The position numbers and the translations under genes were made by a program. From Chlorokybus atmophyticus (taxonomy: Eukaryota > Plantae > Mesostigma and Chlorokybus algae): a DNA stretch of 64,000 bases. The stretch covers positions 1,732,551 to 1,796,550 of the forward strand of contig RHPI01001037.1 in assembly GCA_009103225.1 (NCBI GenBank), given 5' to 3'. This document shows positions 1 through 14,435 of this stretch, in pieces. The notes beneath the pieces were generated by a model. The model did no database searches, was not told the origin of the DNA, and was given only the letters and a program-made list of their open reading frames with translations. The first letter of the stretch is position 1; every line of letters begins with the position of its first letter.

Positions 1-46
1 TGTGCTAAGCCTGGGCTTGTGTTCTTTGCTGTTGTCATGCTGGCAG

Positions 47-3000
47 GTGTTGTATGTGGCTTCGGCGCTGCTTTTTGTCATGGCATTGCGAGGCTTGGGA
101 CACCCCAGCACATCCAAAATGGGCAACCTCTATGGAGTCACTGGCATAGTGCTCGCCATAGCTGCAGTGTAAGCTGTCCGTGCACTGCAAATAGCAGCTT
201 CAAGCCCATGTGATTCTACTGCGCTTGTGCAATTGCGCTCGATGCCAACTGCCCTTGCAAGCATCCAAAAACAATGCTTTGTGTACAAATTGACTTTCCA
301 CAAACACGCTCACGCTGCATTGCTTGGGCTGACTCAAATACACACGCGCATGGCATTGGGTTGCAATGTGAGTGCGTTGATAAAGTGCATGCTTACATCT
401 TGGTAGCAATCTGACTGGCATGCATCGCACTGCTTCAACATCTGACTGCTGCATGCAGCTATGCTTCAAAGTATGTGTTCGGCATTGGGTACTGGATCAT
501 CCCACTCGCATTGGTGCCGGGAGCGCTTTTGGGTATAGCTGGTGCTCTCGCTGTGAAGATGACTGGCATGCCACAGATGGTGCGCTTGCCATCAAAGCAG
601 CTTGATGAGGAGTAGTTGACAGTTCATGTACACAGCTTTTACTTGTCAGTGTGCGCAACTCACTTGTGCATGTGTGCTTGCAGGTTGGTCTCCTTAATGC
701 TTTTGGAGGCCTAGCGGCTGCCTTGGAGGGTTTGGCTTTGTTTGCTGATCAGTATGAGGAGTCTCGCCAGGACTACTTGGGCAAGGGCTCTAAGGACCTG
801 GTGTTTCAGGTGCGCTGTTGCTGCCGCAGCTATCCTTTATGGCTGTTATTGTTTTGTCTTTGTCTAGCATGCTTACGGAGACGTTGTGCAGGACATCTTC
901 TACCTATTAGGCATCTGCGTCGGTATGCTTACCTTCACAGGGTCCATTACAGCCTGTCTTAAGCTGCAGGGCACGGTGTGTGTGTGTGTGCATTGCCGTG
1001 CAGTGCAAGCATTCCTGCAATGCTTGGCAACATTGGACATCACACATGTCATGTTTATACAGATCCGCAAGAACTTCATCCCTCCCGGCCGCACTGTCAT
1101 CAACCTGTTGGTGTTCCTGGTGCTGATTGGACTGGGTGTCGGGGTGTCAGTCACTGGCCTGCGGTCGGAAGCTGGCCTTGCAATGGTGCTCGTGTTCACA
1201 TTTCTTTCAGCACTTTACGGCATCCTGTTTGTGCTGGCGATTGGTGGCGCCGACATGCCTGTTGTGATTAGCGTGCTGAACAGCGGGAGCGGCTGGGCAG
1301 GCGTGTTCGCAGGTGTGTGCAGGAGTTGACGTGCGCGGTGTGTTAGTTGTGGTTGTTGTGAAGGGCACAGTGTGCTCATCTCAAATACTTGCTGCGCAGG
1401 TTTTATGCTTCAGAACAGCCTAATTATCATCGCTAGTGCTTTCGTTGGAGCCTCTGGCGCCATCCTTTCGTACCTCATGTGCTTGGGCATGAACAGAAGC
1501 CTCTACAATGTGCTTGTTGGTACGCTTTTGCTTACACATCACTGCAAGCGCACAGCCAGTAGAAGTCAGCAAAAGTTGGTCCTGAGACAACCATTACACA
1601 AGAGATGTCTGACATGCACAGCTGTCATGCAACCATGCATTCGCATGTTTGTCAGGTGGCTTTGGTGAGGGCAGCAAGAAGGCGGTTGGTCCTGCACAGA
1701 AGTTTGAGGGTCAGCCCACAACCATCACCGTCAAGGACACCGTGGGCGCAATGCTCGTGGCTAAGACCGTCATCATCGTGCCTGGTTATGGCATGGCGGC
1801 TGCGCGCGCGCAGCACGCCGTGTCTGAAATGGTCACGCTCATGCGTGCGCGGGGCGTCAATGTCCGCTTTGGCATCCACCCTGTGGCGGGCCGACTGCCA
1901 GGACACATGAATGTGTTGCTAGCGGGTGAGTTTACTATGGTCCACCTGCCATACTATATATTTGCCATACTATGCATGTTGCACTCCTGATTGTTACTTG
2001 TGCAGAGGCAAATGTTCCTTATGATGTGGTCTTTTCAATGGACGAGATCAATGGCGACTTCCCCAACACGGATCTTGTGCTTGTCATTGGCGCCAATGAC
2101 ACCGTCAACCCCGCAGCGCAGACAGACCCCAACTCAGCCATTGCTGGTATGCCTCAATGGTGATTGTACCGTGCGTAGTCAATGGAGTAATTAGTGGCAC
2201 TGATGCATGTGTGTGCACGTTTGGTTTTCCAGGCATGCCTGTGCTGGAGGTCTGGAAAGCGGCCAAATGTGTTGTGATGAAGCGCAGCCTGGCTACTGGA
2301 TACGCCAACGTCGATAACCCTCTCTTCATCTACCCAAAGACAAACATGGTAGGAGGGACATTAATGTCGACCAGCCAGTTGACCTGATAGCAGCAGTGGC
2401 TGTAAGACTTTGAAATGCAGCACACCAACACACTACCACCTTCCATGTGCACAGCTTCTCGGTGATGCGAAGAAGACATTGGATGCTGTGTTGGAAGGTT
2501 TGCGTGCTGCCGAGCCCGCTGCTCAGTCCAAAGATAAGGGCCTCATGATTGGGAAAGCCAGAGCCCCGGTTGTTATTGAGGTTGAGGCAGCGCCACCATC
2601 ACCGCGTCCTGAAACATTCCTCAAGGTGAAACAACGTATTTGATTGTTGCTGGGCACCATGCAGTGCATCAGTAAGGACGCTCAGGTTGTGTGTATGTGT
2701 GTTGTAGGTTGGAGTGCTCAATGACACCACCGCCACCGAGAAACGAGTCGCATTGACTCCGTCCACCATGAAGAAGCTTCTGAAGCTTGGAGTTGAGACT
2801 TTGGTGCAGAGCGGCGCGGGTGCAAAGGTGCTTGTCCTTGGTGTTGCTGGTTGTTGTGTCACTCTGCATGAGCCAACATTGAGCCCCTTGTGTTTGGCAG
2901 GCTGGCTTTGCCGATCAGTTGTACTTGATTGCGGGAGCGACCATGTGCGACTCTGCTGAGGCTGTTTTCGCCAACGCAGATGTTGTGCTTAAGGTCAGTC

Positions 3001-5155
3001 CTGCTCACTGAGCAACGGTTATGTTGGTTCACTGTGCTAGTGTATGTAATAAACAACCTCACACATACCTTCACTTGCAGATCACAACGCCAACAGTTGC
3101 TGACATTGAGCGCATGCGCCCGGGCACAGTGCTTGTTGGAATGGTGTCTCCGGCCACCAACGCAGAGCTGCTTGACAGAGCCAAGGAGGTGGGCATCACC
3201 TTGATGGCGATGGATGCCGTGCCTCGCATCACACGCGCGCAAAAGATGGACGTCCTCTCCTCCATGGCCAAGATCGCCGGGTACGCATCGGGACTTGCGC
3301 TATTGGTTGTGTCGTGCAGCACGTGACCTCTAAAATTGCGCAGATACCGAGCTGTGATTGAGGCCGCTACCCATTTCCAACGCTTCTTCAACCCAGAAAT
3401 CACAGCCGCGGGCAAGTACCCTCCCGCAAAGTTCCTTGTCATCGGCGCGGGCGTCGCTGGCCTTCAGGTGTGGTACACTCGCTCAACTGGTAATTGGAGG
3501 TGCATACAGTCCAGCACTGAAGAACTGCATTGCATGCTACAGGCCATTGGAACAGCCAATAGCTTGGGGGCTCTCGTGCGGGCGTTTGACACGCGCATGG
3601 AGTGCAAAGACCAAGTTGAGAGCATGGGCGGGGAGTTCCTCATGCTCGAGTTCAATGAGGATGGTGCTGGCGAGGGCGGGTATGCCAAGGTCATGTCTGA
3701 TGAGTTTATCGCCAAAGAGATGGAGCTCTTTTTGGCACAGGTGAGTGGTTGATAACGACGGTGGTGCTGTTCTGTCGATTGTTTGTGACTCCTGTGTTTC
3801 GCATGTGTTCAATCCATTTGTGTCTGTGTGCATTTGCGCAGGCCAAGGAAGTTGATGTCATCATCACCACCGCCGCAATTCCTGGCAGACGCTCTCCCGT
3901 CCTGATCAAGAGTGAGTATTCATTGGCTGTGTGACACCACACAACAACAAGCTGCCAGCACACTCTGCTCAGACAGACATGTGTTTCCTTGTCCAACACT
4001 AACTCGTATTTGCAGCGTATCACGTTGATGCGATGAGGGCGGGCACTGTGATTGTGGACTTGGCGGCGTTGGGCGGAGGCAACTGCGAGTTGACCAGGCC
4101 CGGGGAGACGTATGTTTACGAAGACCGGGTGACAGTCATTGGGTCGACGGATTTGCCCTCCCGCATGGCCGAGCAGTCCTCCGAGATGTACGGCATGAAC
4201 TTGTTCCACTTGCTGGAGGAGATGGGCGGTGGCAAGGGCTTCCGTGTTGACTTTGGGAATGAAGTGATCCGTGGCATGACTGTCGTGCATCAGCACGAGG
4301 TACAAATGCAGTGCATTTGTTGCGCTGTCACCCGCAATGACATCTGTGCAACACCATTTACTAACATGTACTTGTGCTTTCAGGTCACGTATCCCCCTCC
4401 AAAGGTTATCAACCCGACTGGGGGAGCGTCCACGAAGGCTGCTCCTCAATTGGTTGTTGCGGAGGCAAAGCCCAAAAAGGTTGCTACTACCCATGACCCA
4501 CATACCGTGTAAGACTATTCAGCTTGCAGCGGTTTAGATGTTAATGTGTGCTTGTGCGTGCAGTTGAGCTGGGCTTCGCGTCGTCTTTTTGGCATCATCT
4601 CTGCGGGAGAGCTCGTCGTCGCCGCAGTGGTGGCTGTGCTGATTGGCTTAATTGCCGCCTTCTCTCCTGCAGACTGGGCGTCACTCTGGATGGTGCGCTT
4701 GGACGCTTCTCCTTGCTGGCCGAACATTTCGCTTTGTTTAACTCACAACCAACTGGTTTGCCTTTGTCTTGCCAGGTGTTTGTCCTTGCTGCATGGGTTG
4801 GTTATCTCCTTGTCATAAATGTGACCTCAGCACTGCACACGCCGCTGATGAGTGTCTCCAACGCCATCTCCGGCATTGTCATATTGGGTGGCATGGTGAG
4901 TGGTATTGTTTTCATGCATACACATGGCTGCATTCTCATCTCTGAACTGGCCATTGGTATCCTCAGGTGGGTGTGTCGAGAAACAAGACAGACTATTTTA
5001 ATGATGACAGCATTTTGGCGTCAGAGTGGGCCTTTGTGGACCGCGGCTCAGCGTCAATCACACTCAACACGATCGCCATATTCTGCGCTGCTATCAACGC
5101 ATTTGGTGGCTTCATGGTGTCGCACCGCATGCTCAACATGTTCCGGCGCAGTTAA
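47..5155 (+). CDS. NNT: Proton-translocating NAD(P) transhydrogenase, single-chain beta-alpha fusion (multi-exon; 5' end outside the window)
   Basis: Spliced exons give, in order: PntB N-terminus ([30 protein letters not shown]), [26 protein letters not shown], dIII motifs ([51 protein letters not shown]) and a ~40-aa linker. PntA dI follows ([51 protein letters not shown]), then the alpha membrane part ([15 protein letters not shown] ... [17 protein letters not shown], stop TAA at 5153-5155). Confidence 0.96.
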
Positions 5156-8100
5156 TCACACGACCCCGATATCAGGTGCAACAACGATGATGTGTGTATA
5201 CTCACAGTGCATATAGCAACCTGTAGGTCGTATATACATGTACATGTCTGGGTAGTAGTAGGTCCCTACTGCGCAGCATGAGCTGCATATTAGCTTGCAG
5301 CTCCATGGTTCTGTTGCAAGATAGCTGTATAGCACATTGCAAGGAATAATACATATCCAGGAAATAAGAGCGCTCGTGTCGCAGGCTGAAACAACTTGCC
5401 AATGCGTTGCATGATTATGCGCTTTCCATGGATGTGAGGGACAAACGTACAAGCGCAGACTGATGCTCATACTTATACCCTCAATTATTACCTTACAAAC
5501 GTTTGTCACCAGCCGCAGCCTTGCAGCTGGTGACATACGTCTACAAGCATGAAGAATGAGTACTTCCGAGCAGATGTGCATGTACGAGAATATGAACACG
5601 ATGTGAGTGTGCATGCAAGCACATGCAACGCACAAGATGTCAGCACGTTCGAGCCAGCAGGCCGCTTCATTACCAGGGCTTGTGAGTGGGGAATTTATGC
5701 AGGACAGCCAAAAGAGGTCCCCTACGTAGTCAAGCACATCACCACCAACACCTCACCTGCACGCAAACATATGGCCACCAGCTTGGCTATATGCTTGAGG
5801 GATCATCACTCTGCGAGCTGCCTTTGTGTTGCATTACCGTGTATATGCTCTTAGGTGAACGTCTTTTCTTGATTTTGTTGTCGCATATCAGTTATATTAC
5901 AGTGCACGCACTATTGCGGTACTAGCATTGACGATTTGCATGAGCTATTTGAATTCATTTAGCACAACTGCATCATCCTTGGTACGGGATGCGGCCTTGC
6001 TTACCCGCGACACTTTCGTGTGTTTTCTTGGTAATTGTGTACACGACAGATTAATCTGTGTACATTGCACCCTCGTAATCACAATACCAGGTTTACTTCG
6101 AAAAAGTGAGACTTATGTCGGGGCAATCCTACTTACATATTCTTTAAATACTATTTTCATGTCACATGTACACATGTGACATAAGAGTAGTATGTGATTT
6201 TGATGAGGTGATGTGCAGTAGTCTACCATGCTTTCTTATATCAAATCAAACTCTATCACAGGTGATTGTCGCCGTTGTAACTTGTTACATATAGTTTCAT
6301 GTATATAATCATACATGCCGTATACACCGTAATCATTACCCCTTTTTTATGAAGAATCAAGGCGGGTTGAATGCATCTTCAAAAAGTCTCAACACGAATA
6401 AGCTTATGCCATTACCCAGCAAATTACATACAACTTTCTACCCGGCAGCCGTTTACTTGATTAAATTTTTGTACATTGAAGGGGTCATAAAGATACGGGT
6501 AGATTTAATGTTCACAAAGTTGGACTGGTTGGCAATAGTTGTTGCGCCCATAAAATACACCATGATAGTATGTGTGCAACTTACGACTTCAATTGTATTG
6601 TTATTGTTAGCGTTGACATTTTGGATGTTCCAGCAAAACCTGCAGTACTTGCAGTAATGCGTCATATACGTCATTTGATACGTGATTTGTACCAGCGCCA
6701 CCATTCAGGCGAAATCAAAATTGGTTAGGCGGTGGTGCAAACTTGCGCCACCATCCACGCATTATCAGATGCTAACGCGTACCACCATTTAATGCGATGG
6801 TGGCGCATCATTCAATGCAAGATGCTCTTTCATTTAAAGTTTGTGTTACATAATTTATTGCTAAAATCAAGTGTCCATGAAAGCACACGCGCACAACATT
6901 TGTATGCGTGTTAGCCATGCACGTGTTATCGTAGTGCCACATACATTACAACCGGTTGTACATGCCCACATTTGCAAGAAAATATTCATTCTATCCTCTT
7001 ATAGTTACGACTATAAAAGTAAAAAAATAACATGTATGTTGATGTTGCAAAGTCCCTCAAACCTTTATTAATAGTACAACCCAAGCCACATTAGTATGAA
7101 GTGAAAGTCACAATGTATGTGTCATCATGGTATACTTGCAACCGTTGCAAGTACACTCATAGTGTCATTTGGGTACACTATTTGATTAGCAATTAAACTG
7201 TCAGATAACATTGCTTTTTGCTGCGCATGCAATCAATTCACAAGTTACGATCTATGCATTTAAGATTAAGGTTCTCATGATTAAGGTACAATGAGTATAA
7301 TACAGTGTGATTAAAGAATTCATTTTAAAAATATAGCATACTGACTTTGCAAGAATGTTGGAAAGTAACAAAAGGATGAGAGAGAGTTGCTGCACTTTAG
7401 TGAGCCCAAGTAAATCCAACCGAGCTACCATACAAGCTAGCCTAGCATGTTATGCAAACCTTGGGTAAAGACCCACCCTACTTGTCAACTACTTCAATTG
7501 TTAGCTTTGTAGCACGCATTGTGGCACTCGTGTTGAAAAATACAAAGGGAAAGCTGTCACGAGTTTATTATTCAAGATGATGATTCCCAGCATATGATTA
7601 TATCAATGCATGATTTAACATCATTCGATGCAATATATGTTGTCCCAACCGCTAATGCTCAGTATAAAAGTGCTAATTATAACTCTTACGATTCTCGTAT
7701 AACTTTCACTCTCACAATATTCATGAAATGCACTTAATACCAAAATAACTTTACTACGCTAACACATCTGTGTTGATTATGGATATAATGTACATCTATA
7801 TGCTCCACGTACACATGTGTTGCCTTGCGGTGGACCTTAACTTCAAAATCAAGTAAACACCATCGGCCGCCGTTTGGGTTTATAAACACTTGAAGGTTTA
7901 TTGGTGTGCTGGAATGCAAGCCAGCGCCTTGTGGGGTGCACAGGTGGACGCACACCTGCTGCTCAACCGGCAGCCCTTCTATGACGTTTCCACACTTGCT
8001 TACTTGCTTAATGCTTGGCAAATTTATGCACAAGAACTGAGACTTACAGCACCCAGAGAGATGGAAGTCCCTCCAGCCCAAGATACCAAGGAAGGAGCCC

Positions 8101-8394
8101 TCAAACGACCACAAGCTCACCTCCAGCTCCCAGCACACACACGCNNNNNNNNNNNNNNNNNNNNNNNNNNNNNNNNNNNNNNNNNNNNNNNNNNNNNNNN
8201 NNNNNNNNNNNNNNNNNNNNNNNNNNNNNNNNNNNNNNNNNNNNNNNNNNNNNNNNNNNNNNNNNNNNNNNNNNNNNNNNNNNNNNNNNNNNNNNNNNNN
8301 NNNNNNNNNNNNNNNNNNNNNNNNNNNNNNNNNNNNNNNNNNNNNNNNNNNNNNNNNNNNNNNNNNNNNNNNNNNNNNNNNNNNNNNNNNNNNN

Positions 8395-8440
<46 letters not shown>
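8395..8440. repeat. (CA)n microsatellite abutting an assembly gap
   Basis: Pure CA run directly after the N gap at 8144-8394; CA units also precede the gap. Confidence 0.9.
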
Positions 8441-8443
<3 letters not shown>

Positions 8444-11038
8444 GTAGGTAGGGAGAGCTCCTTCAACAGCTACTAGCCAGGCACCTCACACACAAGTGAA
8501 CAAGCAGTGCACACATGATGCCCACTAGTAGCTGCAACTCAGCTACTTATACCCTTGTTGCTCTCCGACGTGACACACAAATAAATGAATGGCTCACACG
8601 AGCCTTCACAGTATGCGCAGATCAGTCAACACACGCTGACATATTCCCTACCTCGGGAATATCAACCCACCTCGGGAGTATCACCTGTCATATCACTTAT
8701 ACCTCGGGAGCATCAAACATAGCCCTGAGAGTGTATGGATGTTAGCTGCCACAAACAGCTTACCATTGCTCATAGCAGGGACATAACGGCAGTCCTTGTC
8801 ACCATGCCAGCAACCTAACATTATCTGCCATTAGCAATGCACAACCGCTCTGAGACCATACAAGGCTTTGTTGTCACAACACTGTAACATGAGGCTCACA
8901 TATTGGTAGACATTGACCGGCTCTGTGCTATTGCATATCAATGCCATATGTAGTAATGTGTCCATGAAATTTAAGGAGACGAGGACGTGTCCGTGTGTTT
9001 CAACCTATCAAGCACTATACAGCTTGACAAGCGATAAGTTCACATGAATTGCACATTTCCACACATCCCTACCATAAAATTAAGTAACATATAGTGACTT
9101 TTGCCAGCCCTATGGGCGTGACATTCCACACGTTCTTTGAACTGCAAAAAGGACGTTCTTGTGGCGGAGCAGTTTACCATCGCCACTGGAGTTGTGGACC
9201 TCAGCGCGGCGCCAACAAGGAGTCACCTTGTTAAACTTTTTTCGAAAGATTGAGAGTGGATTGACAGCTCTTCGCCCGAAGTTAAGGTGACAGAGTATTA
9301 CCACAGTGCTCCTGATCCTCATGCTCAAGCTGCTGTGCGATACTACCTTCTTCAGCTGCATCAGCATTATCCACCACCGTGAGCATCAATCGAATAAGGA
9401 GCGTCCTTGATAAAACTCTGGAGGCTGGTATGCCTTCCAACACCAATCCTTACGAGTTTGTAAATTGACCCAGACTTGCTTTAATCTCCCTTAACAAATC
9501 ACTACATTGTAAAATATAATACCGGCCATTTAGAACGGACGCAATCCAGCTTCTCAACCTTTCTGGCATGCTTAGCAAAACTTAAAAATAGATTGATAAA
9601 CCAATGCGCACCTTGGGAACTTTGTTATTAAGTGGATCCTTCGCATCAATTTTGTAAGTAGAGCCCGCCATGGCGATGGTGAAAGTGGCGCGGACGTATG
9701 GATGCAATTGTAAATGACGCTGGTTTCAAGCAACCCCTTGGAAGCGAGCGTGGCTTGCTTCTTGAAGCCAGCTGCATGCATTCATGTATGTTGACGACGC
9801 GCAAGTTGGGACCAAACAGTTGCAGCCAACAGCCAGGCAGCACAAGGATTACACGCGCTGTGCTATGATATGCATTGCATACGCTCGTACATCGCCTCCA
9901 GCGACGCAACCATCTCCCTCATCACAGCCAAATGGATGCTTGGAGTCCCAGAATCCATAGCTACTAGCTGTAGTACAACTAACCTTAATGCACAGTACTC
10001 ACTGGTGGCATCGCATACTCTACTCTGGTACAGAGTATGCAGTGTGAGTTGAAGTAAGTTACCATAAGTGCCTATTGTGCATGGACATAGAGCTCCATCC
10101 CCCTTGGTTTAGCTTGGTTTGTCGCGTCAACTTACATGTCATGTTGTCTTAAAAATATTGTACGCTATGATATGGCCCATTTGCAACAGCACCGAGATGT
10201 GTTTGCTTGCATTTCGGGTTTGTTTATTGAAACATACGGTCGCTCATAGCAAGAGACGTTGGCCTACCATCCTTGTGGTTGGGGCTTGTAACAACTTGTT
10301 GTACATCATCCATCCTCTTTTTGCATATGGGCGTGCAACTCATTTCAATCCAGACCACATTTAGCCTTGCCGGCATCGGCGTTGTGCTCATGATGCAAAG
10401 CGGGTGCTTCCGACGCCCGCACCACATTCGCTAGTTTCAGCATCCCAACCAACAGGGGGCGCAAGCATATGTACAAAGGTATAAGAAAATTGTGCCCGCA
10501 TGGTCAGCTTGCTGGCACCACACTGCACTGCACCACACCGTCAAACACACGATTTACACACAACTGCACTGCTCCAACACCCGTCTACTAGTCAAAGTTT
10601 CATCGAGAGCAGCACTTGGTAGCTTGCGCCTGTACAACTCATGCATGTAGGCAGGACTTAAAGAAGCGCAGCACAAACAGCACTTGTGATGGGCAAACCA
10701 TGCGCTGAATTGGGCCTCGCTGTCACAACAACAATAATGACATCCATGCAGGCGACGACCACCACCACCACCACCACAACCGCTGCAACTGAAAATGCCA
10801 ACCAATAACATACAGTAAGCTCTGGCAACGACAGTTTGCCATGCTACCATGATATACCAATAACACTGGTTGTCTACACCAACTGCTGCTGCGCCGCAGC
10901 TTACAATCTCCCTGCATACGCAATCTAATGGTACACTAGTTCACTGGTACACTATTTATGTACATCAGCCTGACCCCGATCCATAACCCAATGTTTGTGC
11001 ACTGTTGTATTGCAAACCAACCTATTGTGTACCCCATA

Positions 11039-14000
11039 TTAGCAATCATTATCGTCCCTGCTGTGCGGCAACCTTTTCAGAGTTTCAACACCATCCATAG
11101 GGCCGAGAGGGCCGTCGCGCGCAGTGTAGCGGAAGGCCAGTGTGCCAGCGCGTCCCAACATGAGCACCACCAGGGCGGACCACACGCCCGCAAGGCCCAG
11201 GTCCAGAGGCTCCACCAGCGCAAGGGCTGAGGCGGTTCCCGCCGTCGCCGCCACCATTGCCACCGCGATGAAGTTGAAGTCTGATGCGCCCACCAGCACG
11301 CCGTCCAAGACGTACACAACTGAGTTCAAAGGCTGCAAACAGGCAAGCAGATGGACAACAAGGTTAGGAAACCGGCAATGTGTACACATACACAGTGCAC
11401 AAAGCGCTCCACATGGAGAGATAACTTGCCTACACATGCGTGTCCACATGGACAGTCAACGCAACTATGATGTGCACGAGAGCATGTGCACTGCACGCGT
11501 TGATGTAATGTTCTGTTACCTGCATGATGATGACAATCGGCAAGATCTCCATCACTTGACGTATAACCTCCGGCTCGTGCGTGAACAAGCTGGGTAGCCA
11601 GGGGGAGGACACGCTGTACAGAAGGGAGATGGAGACGCCCAATAGGCCACCGAAGAAGAGGAGGCGGTCCGCCACAGCACGCCCCTCGCGCACGCGGCCC
11701 TGTTGAAGGCAACATCATGCAGTTTGTAATACTACCTGCTTTGACTTGAGGTCGCAACCGTCAACGAATCCAGATGGCACATATGCACATGCCGTTGGGT
11801 TGTGTCTGTGTCGTTTTGGCTGCTTACCTGCCCAAGCTCTACTGCCACCAGAGACTGACCAGCAATGGCCAGAGAGTCCAGCATGAGAGATGCAAACAGC
11901 CACAGTTGCATGGCCACCTGGAGCAATGTCCGTTGATAATGGTATGAAAGCTGGCGCCACTTTGTGCATTCATGCACATGTGCATATGCGCGTGCGCAAG
12001 TGTGCGTGCGTGAGCGTCACAACGCTTACCTGATGAGCTGCAATAGGTACAGTCCCTAGGTGAGTGGCAACAGCACTTGCGAGCGTCTTGGTTCCCATCA
12101 GGACCATCGTTCGCAGCAGCATCTAATGCACACAACATGCATGAGAATGGCATTATCCAGATTGTTTACTTGACAGCAACAGGTACGAAGGAGTCAAGCG
12201 CGCACCGCAGAGCCAGCAGCAAGAAATGTTGCAAACTCCATGGCGGAGGCAGAGTCGAACCGCAGCGAGGACTTGATGTTGTGCGGCGTGAGGCCCAACT
12301 CGTCCTTGTTCTTGTACATCATGCCTAAGTACGCCGCAGCCGAAGCCCACTCTGCGGCGCACGTGGCAACGGCGGCGCCGGCAACTCCCGTATCTAGACC
12401 AAATATCAACATGTATACGACAACCAAGTGCAGAGCATTGGCGCCAACTGTAATCAGCAGCGGTGTGCGCGTGTCCTGCATTCACAAGGGCAATGCGTTG
12501 TACATAGCTGCACATGCAGTGTGCTACATCATACACAACTGGCACAATCAAGTAGCAATCACATGAAATTATTACTGTGTTAGCGCATCAACACCCACCT
12601 GCATGCCTCGGAATGCACCCTGTCCAACAGTTGAAAGCAGGACGGCGGGTGCAGCGAGAGCGCGCACATGCAGGTATTGTTGGGCCACATCAACCAGTCG
12701 GGCGTCATCGCCGGCACCCATCAGCATCAAAGCTTGCTGGCTGCCTATGCTCAGGGCGAACGTGAGGCCCACGCCCATCAGCGACGCGAGCACCAGCGCC
12801 TGAGTAGTTGCATGATGGTTTATCACTGAATGTATGCATGCACACAACAGACAAACAATGGGTTGATTTCAAGAGCGCACTGAGAGAGTTGAGCCCGCGC
12901 ACCAACAAACATTACCACAGAAGAAGGAACACAGTGCAGCCTTCATCAAATCATTTACAGTTGACGCCATAGGTTTACCACTACCATGTTGACTGTCGTG
13001 AGTATGCTTGCGCACACACAAAAACACACAACAGTGCTGTGTTCATCGCATACACAGCGCACCTGTGTCAGGACTCGCCCGCACTTCTCTATCTCACCCG
13101 CAGCCCGTGCCTGCGCCACCAGCGGCGTGGTGGCGGTGGCGAGGAAGTTGAAGACCACGAATGCAAATGCGAACAGTGCTGAGTCCACGCCCAATGCCGC
13201 GAGCTCAGTGGACCCCAACCGCCCGACAAACGCCGTGTCCACCAGAGACAGCAGCGGGTCGGCTGCTAGAGACAACAGTGTCGGGACGGCCAACTTCAAT
13301 ATCACCTGCAAGCCAAGTAATGTATGCTTGTAAGGGTGTCCTCATGTGTGCGCGCGTGTGCAGGCATGTCAGTGCATAGCAAAGCGCGTCAGCAGCCAAA
13401 GCATGGATTGCTTGCATGGCCAGAACCCCAAACCAACTGCTTGACTTACAAAGGTGGGTTGGTTAAGAGTGAATCTGAGTATAATCACTCGCACAATAAA
13501 TACGCAAGACCATGAAAGCTCGTGCATACGCAAGACTTTGTACAGCATGCCAGAGCTCAGCAGGCCTGGCTGAGCGATACTAATGCACACACCAGGCGAA
13601 TGCATGCAATACATTCACACTTGCCCATCTTAGCCTTGAAACAGAAGCTTGCGACACACTGCGACTCAAGTGACAACAAGCGTATTCACCAGCATGCAGC
13701 AGCTTCCTTGGTAGAGTAAAATTACAAGTGCTGTGCCAGCTGGTCATTTGTGGCAAAAAAAAGCAATACACCACTCAAAACTAGGTGTGCAAGCTCTAGA
13801 TTACATGAGCCTGACCTTAATCAATGCAGATCTGACGCAGGGATTGCGTCAATTGCATTTTAGTGAGGTCAATTGCTCAACATTGATCGTACTTGAACCA
13901 ACTCAAGCAGGCGCACCTGATCGCCAGGCGTCCATAGCGGTGGGAACCATCTTAGAAACGAGTGCCTACCGTTGGCCCTCTCTCCCTCCCATCGCTGCAG

Positions 14001-14435
14001 CCTTCCCAAACCCTTAAGCTCGACCTGATGAACAAAGTCATACTCGGCCGCCTCCCCGTTCTGCTGCTGATCATGCCTGTAGGGCGGCCCAGCCGCGTCC
14101 TCCTGCTCCTCCGCGTCCTGTTGAAGCGCTCCGCCAGCCCGAGCAGCCGCCTGCTGCTTTTCTCCTTTGCCATTAAGCAGAAACGCTTCCTCCTCAGCTC
14201 CCCTCCTCACCAGCCGGCTCCCCACCGCCGCCGCCGCCACCGGTCTTGCAGCAGCAGCAGCTGCAGCGTCCCTCTCGCGAGTAGAAGCAGCTGTCGCCTT
14301 GGCTGCTGGAGGCGACGGATAAGCTACAGCTCTAGCCCTCCTGCTGCTCCTCAGACCCCTGGTCGATGAGGACGATGAGGACAAAGACCAAGACGTCCTC
14401 GCCACCACCGTCACGGCCGCCGCCGCCGCCGCCAT
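11039..14435 (-). CDS. MATE efflux family protein, DinF-like plant/algal clade, with probable plastid transit peptide (multi-exon)
   Basis: Exons encode LAVPTLLSLAADPLLSLVDTAFVGRLGSTELAALGV, YLHVRALAAPAVLL...GAFRGMQDTRTPL, AAHQVAMQLWLFASLMLDSLAIAGQSLVA and QPLNSVVYVLDGVLVGASDF. The N-terminus from ATG 14435 is Ala/Ser/Arg-rich. Confidence 0.93.

Noticed and set aside
3706-4503. 265-aa minus-strand ORF
   Set aside because: Antisense shadow of NNT exons.
7734-8466. ORFs spanning the gap, and a possible LINE 3' end
   Set aside because: The ORFs are inflated by Ns and CA repeats; no reverse-transcriptase motif was recognised.
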